The translations under genes were made by a program, and so were the position numbers. A DNA stretch of 64,000 nucleotides, taken from assembly GCA_000388065.2 (NCBI GenBank), contig KB932202.1. The stretch is one strand, 5' to 3'. This document shows, in pieces, positions 12,801-24,711 of this stretch. Every line of letters starts with the position of its first letter. Position 1 is the first letter of the stretch. Source of the DNA: Fonticula alba ATCC 38817. Lineage: Eukaryota; Protista; Nucleariida. The notes under the pieces are model-generated. The model did not search any database and was not told the DNA's origin. It saw only the letters and a program-made list of their open reading frames with translations.

Positions 12801-15090
12801 CTGGGACCCGGCCGCCCTGCTGGAGCCCGTGTGCTTCGGCTTCGGTGGCACCGGGCCCGGGTCCGGGTCGGACACGGCGGTTTCGCTGCCGGTCCGGCTG
12901 CTGGTGGTCCCGCCGCCGGCCGACACCCCGGCCGGGGGTTATGTTCGACTGGAGCCGCGTGCCAACCCGGCCGATGGCGGCGGCGCCGGCGCCGGCGGCC
13001 TCTCCCGCCAGGGGCCCGCCCAGCAGTTCTCCCTTCTGCTGGACTCCTCCCTTCCCGAGGGGGAGGATGCCCCGGTGGCCGGGCCCATGGCCGGGGCTCC
13101 CCCCTCGGCCACGGTCATGCGCTGGATCATCCGCGCTTCCTACCTGCTGGAAAACCACGGCCCGGACCCGGTGGCGGTGTACCCCTTCGAGACGCCGGTT
13201 CCCGGCAAGGCTGGCCCCGGGAGCGGCACATCCGCCGATGGCCGCCGGCGCCGGGCCAGCATCGACGACGGGGCCCTGCTCATCAACGGCGTGGACATGC
13301 GGCGCATTGCCTACCTTGACCGGTGGTCGCGCCGGCCGCTGCACTTCCCCCCGGCCCTGGGAGCCAGTGGGGGCCCGGCTCGCGCCTGGGGCCCTGGCGG
13401 GGACCCCCCCGGCCCGGTGGCCCCGGCCGGCAGGCGGACATCCACGGCCCCGGCCACCGCCGCCGGCTTGCCTCCGATGATGCCCACCCTCCGGTGGATT
13501 GCCCTGCGTGTGCTGCTGCCCAACATGACCGACACCTGGACGGCGCCGGTGTGTGTCGGCTCGTCGACCGACGTGCCCGGGGCACCTGGCCATGGGGCAT
13601 CCTTCGCCGACCGGCTGGTGCTCAAGATCCCCGGGGGCCGGCTGCTGGGCCTGTCGGTCCTGCATCGGGGCTGCCTGACGCACATCCAGGTCCATGGGTT
13701 CCTGCGACTGCCGCATCCGCTTTCCCTGTGGGTGGCCCCCTCCACCAGTGCCCTGGACTTGTTGCTGGCCGATTTGGCCCTCGGCCGGGGTGTCGGCGGG
13801 GCGGCCGCCACCCCCGGCACCATGGTGCAAGTGGAAAATACCCTGCTCACCGGCGGGGTCAAGGTGTGGCAGCATCTGGAGGCCCCGGCCGGCATGGGGG
13901 CCGTGCCGCCGGTGGCCTTCCCCGCGACGCTGGTTCCCCCGCGCCATGTCCGGTGGTATGCCTGGGACGCGCCGCACAATGTCCTGTCGGTGGCCGGGGC
14001 CCAGGCCCCGGGCAGCGGCTTGCGCTATGTCGGCGGCCGGCGCCTGCTGTGCATCGAGGTGGCCGGCACGCGGGTGCTGGTGGATCCTCGCTGCCCGGGC
14101 CGGCAGGTGGTCCTTGTGGCCCTGCCATTGCCCTCGGCCGCGCATCTATCCTTCACCGTTGTTCCGGACAACATCGGCCAGGGCCTGCGCCCGGGCAGTA
14201 GCGGCCCCTCCAGCCGCCGGGGGTCTGTGGCCTCCCTGTCGGCCGGGCACGGCACCTCCATGGCGGCCAATCCCTTTGACGATGCCGGGCCGCGGACCCC
14301 CCCGCGGGCCAGCACCCGCACCGGGCCGAGCAATCCCTTCGCCGGGGGCCCCGGCTCGTCGCTCATCGCCCCGAAGGCGGCGGCCGCCTCGACACACACC
14401 TCGCTCGAGGCCACGGACGCGGCCCTGCGCTGGAGCACGCACTCGGCCACGGCGGCCGCCACGCTCGTGGCCTCGGCCGCCCCGCCCAGCACCCCGACCG
14501 GGCATTCCAGCTCGCCGCGGCCCAAGGCCGGCACCGGGCCCGGGAAATCCCGCGTCCCCGGCCCGCCGGCCGTGCGCTGGGTCGAGGTCCCGGTCGAGGT
14601 GGCGGTCCTGCGTGGGGGCCGGGTCCGCATCGGCCTCTCGCCCGGGGGCCCGCTCTCGGCCCAAGCCACCCCCGGGGCCGCCGGTGCCACCGGCTCGGGC
14701 GAGGCCGACCCCGGTGGCCATGCCGTGGAACTGGCCTTCAAGCTGACCCTGGCCCCCATTCGCTTGAGCCTGGCCCTGGGGACGCCCGGTGCCCGGGCCG
14801 TCGGCCGGCACCTGATCCCCTCGCTGCCGGACGAGATCATGTCCACGCCGGCCTCGGCCTCGAGCTCCGGCAGCATGCTTCGCTTGTCCCGGCGCCCGGC
14901 CGGGCCCGGCGCACCGCCCACGGTCATCGGCCTCTCGCATGGGGTCTTCTGCCGGCTGGACATCGGCACGATGGTCGTGCACCTGACCCTGGCCCCGCCG
15001 CTGTTGGCCCCCTCCACGGCATACGGGCCGCTTGGGCTGGCTCAGCTCCCGGCCGACCCGGGGCTCGAGGCGGCCGCAATGGCGGCGGCG

Positions 15091-15122
<32 letters not shown>

Positions 15123-16257
15123 CCCGGGCAGCGCGCCCGCGCCTCGCCGCGGCCTGTCCGGCGTCCGCGCTGTCGACGCCTCCTCGCACTCGGCTCTCTC
15201 CGTGTCGCTGACCCTGCAGTCGCTGGGCGTCGTGCACTACGCCAATGGGGTGCAATTTGAGTCGGTGCTCGAGGCCCGGGCCGCGGCCGGTCCCGGGACC
15301 CCCTGGCTCCGGGTGGCTGCCATGCTGGACCTCCCGGTGACCGGGCTTGCGCGCGTGGGCGGGACACCGGCCGGGCGTGCCTCCCCCGCTGACACGGGCC
15401 TCCTGCTGGCGGTGCCTTTCGCCTCGGTGTCCCTGGCCGGGCCGCTGGTGGTTCGCGTGGAGGATGCCCTGGTCAGCCGGTCGCTTTTGGTGTTCGAGCC
15501 GCTGTTCAACTTCCTGGCGGACTTGTCGCCGGCCGGGCCGGCGGCAGATGCCGGGGGCCCTTCGGGCCCGGGCGGCCCGGCCGCCGGGCCGGCTGTCGCC
15601 CCCCCTCCGCCCGAACTTGGCCACTTGTACTTGCGCCTGGGTGTGTTGGACATCAGCCAGGTGGATGTGGCCCTGTCTCTGGCCCTCTCCTCGCCCGGGG
15701 AGCTTCCGGGCGGGGCGCGTGCTCGTCGGCAGGACCCGGTCCGCGCCGGGCTGGCCGCCGCCACGGCATGGGGCGCGCTGCGCGTACGCGACGCCTCGCT
15801 GTCCATGGCCCGGCAGCGCTTTTCCCAAAAGTCCAGCACCCTGCGCGAGCAGGCACGCGAGCTTCCCCCGGGTCCCCGTGGGGCTCCCCCCTCGGCGGCG
15901 CCGCCTGGCAGTGCCCCGGCCGATGCGGCGCTCTTTGCCGCGGCCGGCGGCATGCGTCTGGTTCTCTCGCCGCTTGCCGGGCCGCCGGTCGGCGGGTCGA
16001 CGGCTGACGGCGGGCCGCCGCCGGGCCCGGCCGGCACCCATGGTGGCCCCTCGGCCCTGGCTCTGGTTCTGCCACCCGGCTCGGATTTCGGCTTCGCCCA
16101 GCGCTTCTGGCTGGAGATGGTGGACACGCGAGCCAGCTCCGCGGACCTCGTGCCGGCCCTCATCCGGGCGTATGTGCCCTCGCTGGCCACGCAGATGGCC
16201 ACTCGCATTGTGCCAATGGCCCTGGTCCGGTCGATCTTCGGTGTCTTCCTTGGCTAG
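27..16257 (+). CDS. VPS13: VPS13-family (chorein / bridge-like lipid transfer) protein, 5'-partial; about 5,230 aa visible after removing two artefactual duplications
   Basis: Exon 27-187 (GHIGSIKLSLSWTKLLSDPMHVSIEGLYCVLS) and LVARLIQNLHLVVRNIHVRFEH match the Chorein_N pattern. The GTATGT...ATAG intron 188-399 joins in phase 0 to the frame of ORF 418-10545. VAB-like segments (EFWLYNRTAADVFV, WIIRASYLLENHGPDPVAVY) and C-terminal VPS13-like segments (LYLRLGVLDISQVDVALSL, ALRVRDASLSM, LIRAYVPSLATQ) lie in ORF 10882-16257. The ORFs join in frame once 160 bp and 167 bp of duplicated sequence are removed. The start codon lies upstream of the window, and the paralogue cannot be assigned. Confidence 0.8.
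10321..10621. other. Assembly artefact: 141-bp direct duplication flanking an Illumina adapter remnant
   Basis: 10321-10461 is repeated at 10481-10621. The spacer 10462-10480 reads ACGTGTGCTCTTCCGATCT, the 3' end of the TruSeq read-2 adapter/primer sequence. Confidence 0.95.
10782..11082. other. Assembly artefact: 134-bp duplication flanking a 32-N gap
   Basis: 10782-10915 is repeated at 10949-11082, separated by one A plus N at 10917-10948. Collapsing the copies restores the reading frame. Confidence 0.9.
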
Positions 16258-16699
16258 CCCCTGCTTCTGTCCCCCTCCTCCTCCCTTACCCTGGCCACTT
16301 TTCTGCATGTCCTTCCCTCAATGCACGCCCTTTGCCCATCTCCGTGTTTGCCACTCCCCCATGTGGTATCCTCCGCCGGTGCCCATGCTGCATACAGGCA
16401 TGGACACGAGCGCACGCCCACCCCCTCCACCGACACATTTTTGCGGGTGAGCATTTATACTGGGATATTTATTTTCATTCATTTGCACGTGCATGCTCGC
16501 CCCCTCCCCCGTCTGAGAGTCACAGTGTGTCAGTCGCGGGAGAGGACGCCGTCCCTGGAGGGGAGGAGACGGGGGGGGGGGGGGGGGAAAGAACAGAGAA
16601 AGGAGGAGGGCGGGGGCACCAAGCCCAGGCGCGCACTCTAGGGTGGTGGCTGCCCGGGCCCGGGGAGGGGAAGCACCTGGACGGCGCGTGAATCGGCCG

Positions 16700-19600
16700 C
16701 TACCCGCCCGGGCCAGACTCATCCTTCGGCAGGGGCGGGGCTGCCTTGGTGCCGGGCTGGCGCTCGGCGGCCTCAAGCAAATGGCCAATCACGGCGTCCG
16801 GTGGCATGCCCAGACGCCGGAGGAGATCCTCGCGCTCGGCCTGGAGCTCCTTCAGGCTGGCCTCCAGCACGAGGCAGGTGTTGACCGCGTCATGGGCCTG
16901 GCGTTCGAGCGACTCGGCCCGGCGCTTCTGCCGGCTGCGGAAGCGCGCACAGCAGGCCACATTCCGGGCCTTGCGCGATTGCTCCGAGTCCAGCCGGCGC
17001 TGCTCCACCACCCGCCGGGCCCGGGCGCGGAAGACCCCAAGCAGCTCGGTCAGCAGGTGCCCCGGCACCAGGTGGTGCTCACCCAGCGGGGCCGACAGGG
17101 AGGTGCATTCCAGGCTGGCCGCCAGGCTGGCCACATCGCTGTTGGCCGGATCCCGACACATGGCGCTCAAGGGGTCGATGCCCACATGCAGGCGCCGGCG
17201 GCCGGCACACCGCCAGGGACGCAGCGCCGGGAAGGGAGCCCCATCCACCTCGGCCAGCAGGTCCCGGAGCTCGGCCTCGGTCAGTGACTCGGCGTCGGCG
17301 CCCACCAGCAGGCACCACTCGGGGGCCAGCTGCTCCGCCAGACGAGCCACCTGGTCATCATCCAGCCCCGCCAAATCGTCCAACGACGCGCTGCGAATGG
17401 TGGTCGTGGCATTGGCCGGGGGCGAGGCGGGCCCGCGCTTCCGCCGGCCAGCCGGGCGTTCGCTGGCCAGGGCACGCAGCGCCGCGCCCAGGCCTCGCGA
17501 TGAGTGGACGCTGATGCCTGAAGCCGGCCGAGTGGCCATACACCAAGGCAGAAGGACCCGAGGAAAGGGGCGGGGGCGGGGGCGGGGGCGGGGGGGGTGA
17601 AAGGCAGCGGGTCAATGGGGCACGAAGCGCCGGACGGCGAAAGGGGCCGGGCAAAGGGGGGGGGGGCAAATGAAAAGGCCACATGGCGCCAGGAGCCCCA
17701 CCGGTGGCCAGCAGGGCAGGAGAAGGGAGGGGGAGGGGGGGCCTTGGGGAGGACAACAGGCACGGGACGGGCAAGGGAGGAAGCCAGGCAGGAGGATGTC
17801 CAATGGCGCACCTTTCAAGATGTACACCGGTGAGGATGTGATGAAGGACTTTTGGTACTTGACCTTGAGCAGGTCGAGGACCGCCCGGCGGCGCTCCTCC
17901 TGCTCCTGCTGCTGGGCGGCCTCCTCGGCATCGGACATGCCGGTTGGCGTCGGGGTTTCGGACCGGGCGCGTGACCGCCGGGTGGACACGGCACGCGCGC
18001 TGGCCGCCGCGCTCTTGGCTTCGGCCACGGCCGCACTCCCGGCCCCGGGGTCCAGGGTCTTGGACCGCCCGGCGGGGCGCCGCCGCCGGCAACTGCTCAC
18101 CAGGGTGGATGTCACCACGCAGGTGGTGGTGGTGGTGGCGGCGGCTGCCTGGCCGGCTGGCGGCCCGGCCATGGGGTCCGAGACGTGCGAGTCCCCGCCC
18201 GACTGGCCTCCAGCCTGGGGGCAATCCACCTGCCGACAGGACTCGGTCGAGATGAGAGTCCTGCTGCCATGGACCGGCACCACCACTGGACAGTCGGGCT
18301 CTTCACAAGGAACTGCCCCGGGCCCGGGGTCTTTGGAATCCGGCAGCAAGGGACACGGGCCGGTGGCGCAAACAACGACACACTCGCCCGAGGGGCCGGG
18401 CGGCGAGAGGACCGAGGTACCGCGGCCTGGGGCCAAGGGGGCCCCCCCCCCGCCGGTCGACCCGGCCGCTGTGGCTGGCCCACAGCCCGCCAGAACCACG
18501 GGACCACGCAAGCCGCAGGACCATCTGCCGGCCGGGGACGATGCGGCCGGCAGCTGGCAGACGACGGCCGCCGCGGCCGCGGCCGGGGGCAGGCTCGCGC
18601 GGGGGTCGCCCGGGCGCCGGCGCGAGGCCGCGGCGCCGGCCTTGCCGGCCTTCTTCTGCCCCGCCGGCGAGGACACCAAGGCCCCGGGCACGACGGAGGA
18701 GGAGGAGGAGGCCCCGGAAGCCGGGGAGCAGTCGATTGCCGGAACACTCGGCCGCACGGACCTCACCCTGGGCGCTTGGCACTTGCTACAGGTGAGCGCC
18801 GCGCGCAGGGCATCCGGCCCCAGGGCCGCTGCCCGGCCAAGCACGCCCAGGGCACGGATCAGGCGCTGATCCCCCTTCGAGGTGGAGGCCGTCGAGTGGA
18901 GGTTGATCGGCGGCGGGAGCGGCGACCCGCAGGGGCCGTCGGGCGGAGCGCTGGCCGGGTCATCCCCATCGTCGCACTCGCAGCCGGCCGGGACCAGGTC
19001 CACCGGCTGGACGGTGGCCCCATGCGCCGCACCGGCCGCCGGCAAGTGCAACCGGGGCCCCCTCCCGGCGGATGCCGAAGTGTCGACATCCATCGGCGTC
19101 GCTGGCGACCGGGGAAAGAGCAACTGAGGAGACGCCGAGCCCGGTGCCAGGGTACCCGCGCATAGCTGGCCGGCCCCCGGCCCGCCGGCAGCCCCCCCGG
19201 GAAGCCCCCCCGAGCAGGCAGTCAACCGGTCGAGGTCCGCATGGTAGAGGGTCCCATCGATGAGGAAGTCAAAATGGTCATCATGGAAAACCAGCTCATG
19301 GCCACAGTCCAAACTATGCCAGTGAGGAGCCGCCGGGGAGGGGGGCAAATCGAAGCCCGGCTCGCCGGGGCCCGGGGGGCCGGGCAGCGCCGGCTCCGAG
19401 CTGGCTGGCGAGAGCACCGGCGCCGGGTGCGGCCAAGCCGACAAGTCGGGCAGCGCGGCCGGATCGTCGGAACTCGGCGAGGGTCCCGCAGGGGGCGGAG
19501 CCCCCAATTCGGGGCCCGGAGAGTGGCGATGGAGAAGATGGTGATGATGATGATGATGATGGAGCAGGACATGATGATGATGGTGGTGACGGTGGTGGCC

Positions 19601-20944
19601 CGGGAGGTCGGGATGCTGGTGATGGTGCACCAGATGGTGGTGGCGGCCATGGGGCCCGGAGGCATGGTGATGGAAGTGCAGCAGGTGATGATGATGATGA
19701 TGCTGATGCTGATGGCGGTGATGGCGGTGATGCGGCTGGGGGGAGCAGCCGGGCTCGACAATGCTCCCCTCTCCCGAGCTGCCGGGCCCCTCATCGGCAA
19801 GCGCCCCGGCCGGCTGGAGGGCATGCTCGCAATCCGGGTCATGGAGTAGCGACGAGGAGGAGGAAGAGCCCGAGGTCGGGGGGTCCTCCTCGCCGCTGGT
19901 GAAGGGAACAAGATGGGACTGGAAGTCCGACGCGGGGGAGGAAGACTCGCTTAGAGCGGTGGCCGGCGGAGCCAGCCATCCGCCCTCGGCCAGGGGGTCG
20001 GCATTGGCCAAGGGGCCGGCCATTGGGGGGGCCCCCGGCACGGGGGCCCGGGGATGGTGGTGATGGACAAGCAGGTGATGGTGGTGGGCATCGGCCCCCG
20101 GGGTGGGGCAAAAGATCGGCGTGTTGACCACATGGCAGGCGAGAGGACCATCGGTCGACGAGTAGCCATGGGAGGGGGGCGCATCGTACGCATGGCCGGG
20201 TGGGTGATGTGCATCGGGGTGCGGCGAGGGCGGCTCAGGTGGATGATGGGCATGGTGGTGCATGACATGGTGGTGATGCTGGAGCAGATAGATGTCTCCG
20301 TCGCAGGGGAAGCCGGCCGGCGAGGCGGCTGGGGCTTGGCCGGGAGCAGGCTGGCCCGAGTGCAGCCGACCATCAACGATGTCTGGGGGCGGGGAGATTC
20401 CCGGTGAGAAGGCGCACAGAGCAGGCGAGGGCCGGGCGAGGCCGGCCGCCGGGACAGCCGAGCACGCACCTATCCCGGCGCCCGGGGCCAAGCCCCGCAG
20501 GAGAAGCTCCTCCTCGGCGGCCGGGGTGGTGTGACCGTCCGAGGCAATGGATGCCGAAGAGGGGGGCGGCCCGTCGGCCGACAGGAAGCCCATGCTCTCG
20601 CCCATGGGCGAGGACCACAGGGCGTCGGCCGATTCGGCGGAGAAAAAGCAGTCTGGCGAGTGCAGGGGGTGTGGCGGGATGTCAGCCAGCAGGCTGCCTT
20701 GGCCGGTGCAGGCCCGGGTTAGGTTATTGAAGTGGCAATCCCCCGGGATGGGGGGCTCAGCTCCGAGGGCTGGCAGACAGTAGAGCTCCGGCAGGCAGGT
20801 CATCGGTGGCAGGGGGCATGGCGCGGTGGAGCTACGGTCGCCGGTGCCGCCACACTCGAGGGCGAAGCCGCACTCAAAGGCGGCCGGGCCATGGCCCATG
20901 GCCGGGCCAGCGAAGGGAGACTGATCAGGAAGGGGGGTGCTCAT
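16700..20944 (-). CDS. bZIP transcription factor with His-rich and Cys-rich N-terminal region (about 1,316 aa, 2 exons)
   Basis: Exon 1 is 20944-17812 (ATG of MSTPLPDQ), the GTGCGC...TTCAG intron is 17811-17518, and exon 2 is 17517-16700; the total of 3951 nt is a whole number of codons. The C-terminal basic region KARNVACCARFRSRQKRR has N-x7-R spacing and is followed by a heptad zipper (L/A/L/L/L). Poly-His tracts lie upstream. The start codon choice is inferred. Confidence 0.8.
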
Positions 20945-23046
20945 GAACTGGCTGTCGTGAGGAGGAGCGCGACAGTTGCTGGCTTTGGGAGAGAGAGGGG
21001 GGGGGAGGGGGAGGAGGGGGAGAAGAGAAAGGAAGAATCGCAAGAGGGGGGAGAGAGAGAGAGAGGGAGGGAGGCAGGAGGGAAAAGGAAGGGAGCGTCT
21101 AGGCTTCGGTGGGGGACACAGTGGAGGGGATCATATTCACACGTCGAGAGAGAGAGAGAGAGAGGAAGGGGCTGGAGGTGTGTGTGTGGTGTGTGTGTGG
21201 TGTGTGTGTGGTGTGTGTGTGTGTGTGTGNNNNNNNNNNNNNNNNNNNNNNNNNNNNNNNNNNNNNNNNNNNNNNNNNNNNNNNNNNNNNNNNNGGGGGG
21301 GGGGGGGGCGAGGTGCGAAGGGCGGGACCTAGAAGCAGATGACCAGTCACGGCGACGCGGTGCTAGATCAAAGGGCCCGATAGGTGGACCCGCCGGCAGG
21401 CCGGGGGGAGGCAGGCCCCCCGAGGCGGCGTCCCGGAAGCGGAGGGCTGCTCGCACTTCCTTGCACACCAATTTGTCCGGAGATCAGGCTCGTGGCGCGG
21501 GGTCGGGGGAGGCCGCACCAGCAAGGAGGGGCGGACCCCGCGAGATCTTGGACCGGGTCCGGGGCTGTTGACGGAAATCCGATCGGCCATCCGGCCGGCG
21601 CACGCGCGGACACGATGGACATCCCCCCCCCCCCCAGGCATTCATAGGCAGTGGCCCTACACTCAGCGCCCGCCAGGCTGGGTCGCGGGGAAACTCGAGA
21701 CCGTAGGCCACTTGATCGGGGTGACGAGATCGCACGCGTCCCTCGAGGGCGGGGGGGTGCGTGGGTGCGGGGGGACAGGGGCACGGACAAAGGCGGGGGC
21801 CATCATGGCCCGGGAAGACTGTGAGGCTCACGCGGCCATCCCCTGCCTCGGCCTGCGCCGGCCGCCCCGCCTGGCCTCCCTCGCCGGTCTGCCGCCCGGG
21901 GGGAACCAGCGCAGGGTGGCCTCGAGGCTAGTCACCGGCCGGCATGCGCGCGCGTGTCCATGTACACACACACACACACACACACACAGACAGACAGACA
22001 CGCACGTAGGGGCGTGCGCGCCCACCCCCGGAGGGGAGCGGAGCCCAATCGGAACTGAGCTGAATATATGACTGGGCAGGGGAGAGAGGGAGATGGGCAC
22101 CCCCCCGCGGCCACGATGATGGGCTGATTTTATATGCACGCTGAAAATGCCACGGCCGAAGGGGCCACCCGAGCGGACTTCCCGGGCCGCCCGTCGTTCA
22201 CCAGGTGAGAGGCCCAGCCGCAGGATGCGGCTGCTGCCAACACCGGTCGATCCCCCCCCCCTCCGGGGGAGATATCCCGGGTGCCTGACTGTGGGTATTC
22301 CCGCAGGCCCGCGGCCAAGGTCTCGCCCCGCTGATGTCTTTCCCGCTCGTCGGAAACCCCGGCCCTATACCTCCGCCCCCCTTCAAACACACCCGCCCAT
22401 GAGGCCGGCCGGGGGAAGGACACAAGGAGGCCCATGAAGGTGGCAGAAGCAGGAGGCTCTCTCGCCCGCCGCCGCCTCCGCCGCCGCCGCCGTCGGGGGA
22501 CTGGGGGGAATAAAATATGACGACATTGCACCCAGTTTGAATTGAGGCCCCAGCCGCCGCCGGGTCACATGCCCCGGTGTGACCGGACGTGATAATAACG
22601 CACCAACTCGTTGCATGTGCCCGCCGGTATGCGTTGGTGGGCATGCGGCGGGCGGGCAGGGCCAAATATTTGATCGGACTTCTGGCACTCCAGTATGGCG
22701 GCTCTTCAGGAGCACGGTCTTGGTGGGGCGCTCCGAGCACCGCCCGCCAGGGGGGGAAGCACCCAGGGAGTGGAACCGGGGGGGGGGNNNNNNNNNNNNN
22801 NNNNNNNNNNNNNNNNNNNNNNNNNNNNNNNGGAAGGAGAGAGAGAGGATGGATCGAGGGAGGGGGGGGGCCGATGTGTGGCACCCATCACGCACGCGGC
22901 CCACCGGCGCCGTGGCACCAGCGAACAGGCGCACACGCGCGCAAATGTGCCTCCCCACACGCGTCCCATTACGGCGCCCGGGCGTGAGGTCGACATATCA
23001 ACATGCCAACCGTGAAGGAGTCTCATCGTTGCCCCCTCATTGTCGG

Positions 23047-23048
<2 letters not shown>

Positions 23049-23095
<47 letters not shown>

Positions 23096-23102
23096 CGCGC
23101 GC
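23049..23102. repeat. Compound (GT)n(GC)n microsatellite
   Basis: Alternating purine-pyrimidine run read directly. Similar (GT)n/(CA)n tracts occur near 21180-21229 and 21962-21990 in the same intergenic region. Confidence 0.9.
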
Positions 23103-23627
23103 GGTGCATAGCCCCCGGGGCTCCCCGCCTGTCAACCGAGAAGGTCCTGCCCCGGTGCCGGTAGTCCCCCCCCGCTCCGCACTAGCACCGAAAAACGAGC
23201 GGACCCGGCAGGGGCTACGATGCGCCGGAATTCCTCGCCGGACTACGGACCTACCCTTTGCCAGTGACCTTCCGACGAGCCCTGCCCGCGTCTCCGGGAG
23301 TGCACCCCCCCCCCCCCCCCGCGGCCGTTCAACCATCAGCTCCTTCAGGCTCAGAGGGGGCGAGGGCGACCTCGCCGAAAAGGGGTAAATTAATATGTCC
23401 CTCCTTTTGGCGGTGAATGCTCCTCGCCTTTCGTCCTGGGGCGAACACCGAACGATGGGGCCTTGTCCAGTTGAGCGATCCGGCCGCGGGCGGGGGATCT
23501 CCAGGCCGCGGGACCGTCGGCGGGCGCTCAGGGCACCCCCCTACGCGCGGGATGCGCTCCGGACCCGAGGCCCGGGCAGATGTAACCTTCGCCGCGCCTG
23601 CCCGGTCTCCTGTCTCTCGCATTGCCC

Positions 23628-23660
<33 letters not shown>

Positions 23661-24680
23661 TCCTTCTTTTTCTCCCCCCCCACCGAGCTGCCCCTTCGAT
23701 CCTGGCAGGTAGGTGCCCCCCTCCGGCGTCCCCATGCGCGGGCCTGGGCCAAGCGGTGTTTCAAAAGTGTCTCCCCGGGGGGGGGGGGGCGGGGGCTCTC
23801 CCCTGGGATCGAGCCCGCAGACTCACATACAGGCAACCCCCGCCCCCTCTGCTGCACCCAGCTGCCAGGGCGGGGGACTCTTGCTACCCCGTTGCCCCCT
23901 GGAGGGGGGAGGGACTATTCGGCGCCTGGCTCCTCTGCGGGGACACCCCCGGTCGCTCGGCAGGACCTCGCCCTCAGGGCGTGGAGGAAGCAGGGAGGAG
24001 GAGCACACGCAGATGAGCCGTCCGTGTGTTGGCCAGGGGGGCCCCGGGCATGGGGGGCCCGTGCCGCGCTCTCGGCCTTTGGTCTCGCACTTGCACGCCC
24101 CCCACCCCCCGACTCGGTCTGACCCTTGGCGGGAGGTCGCGACCCGGGGCACCAGACGCCCCGGCGACACGGCCCCCCCCTCCCTGCTCACCCCCGCCGG
24201 TGCGCGCCAATTCGCCGCATACGGCGACGAGCCAGAGCCCGCGAGAGACCCGGCGGCCGGGCCCGGGCCGGGCCGGGGAGGAGAGCGGCAAGGGCGCCAC
24301 GCAATGAATTGTTTACCAGCGCCCTAGCGCCCCAGCCCGAGGGCCTCCCCGATGGTCGGTTGACAGAGAGACGTTCCCCTCTTGGCGGCTGAACCGGCTC
24401 CCGGCGCCTTGGCGCGCACATAAACAATGACCCATCAGCCGCGCGCGCGCGCGCGCGCGTGCACCCGCCGCCCGCCCCCCCGCCCCCCCCCCTGAACGCC
24501 CCCTCATCACGCGCTTGACTTTCTAGCTCCGCCGCTGGCCCCACCCGGGCCTCGCGCCCGCCCAAAAGGATCGCCTAGTTAAAAAACGGCCTCCCCTTCG
24601 TCTGCCCCCTCGCCTCTTGCCGCGAGCGGCGTTCGTGAATATGGTCCCTGGGCTGGGCTGGGCGCGCGCGCGTGCTCGCG

Positions 24681-24711
<31 letters not shown>

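Noticed and set aside
4477-16308. Long alternative-frame and antisense ORFs over VPS13 (e.g. 6525-9383, 10609-14145, 14146-16308)
   Set aside because: These are Arg/Gly/Pro-rich shadow ORFs expected in sequence of about 70% GC, with no motifs or independent splice signals.
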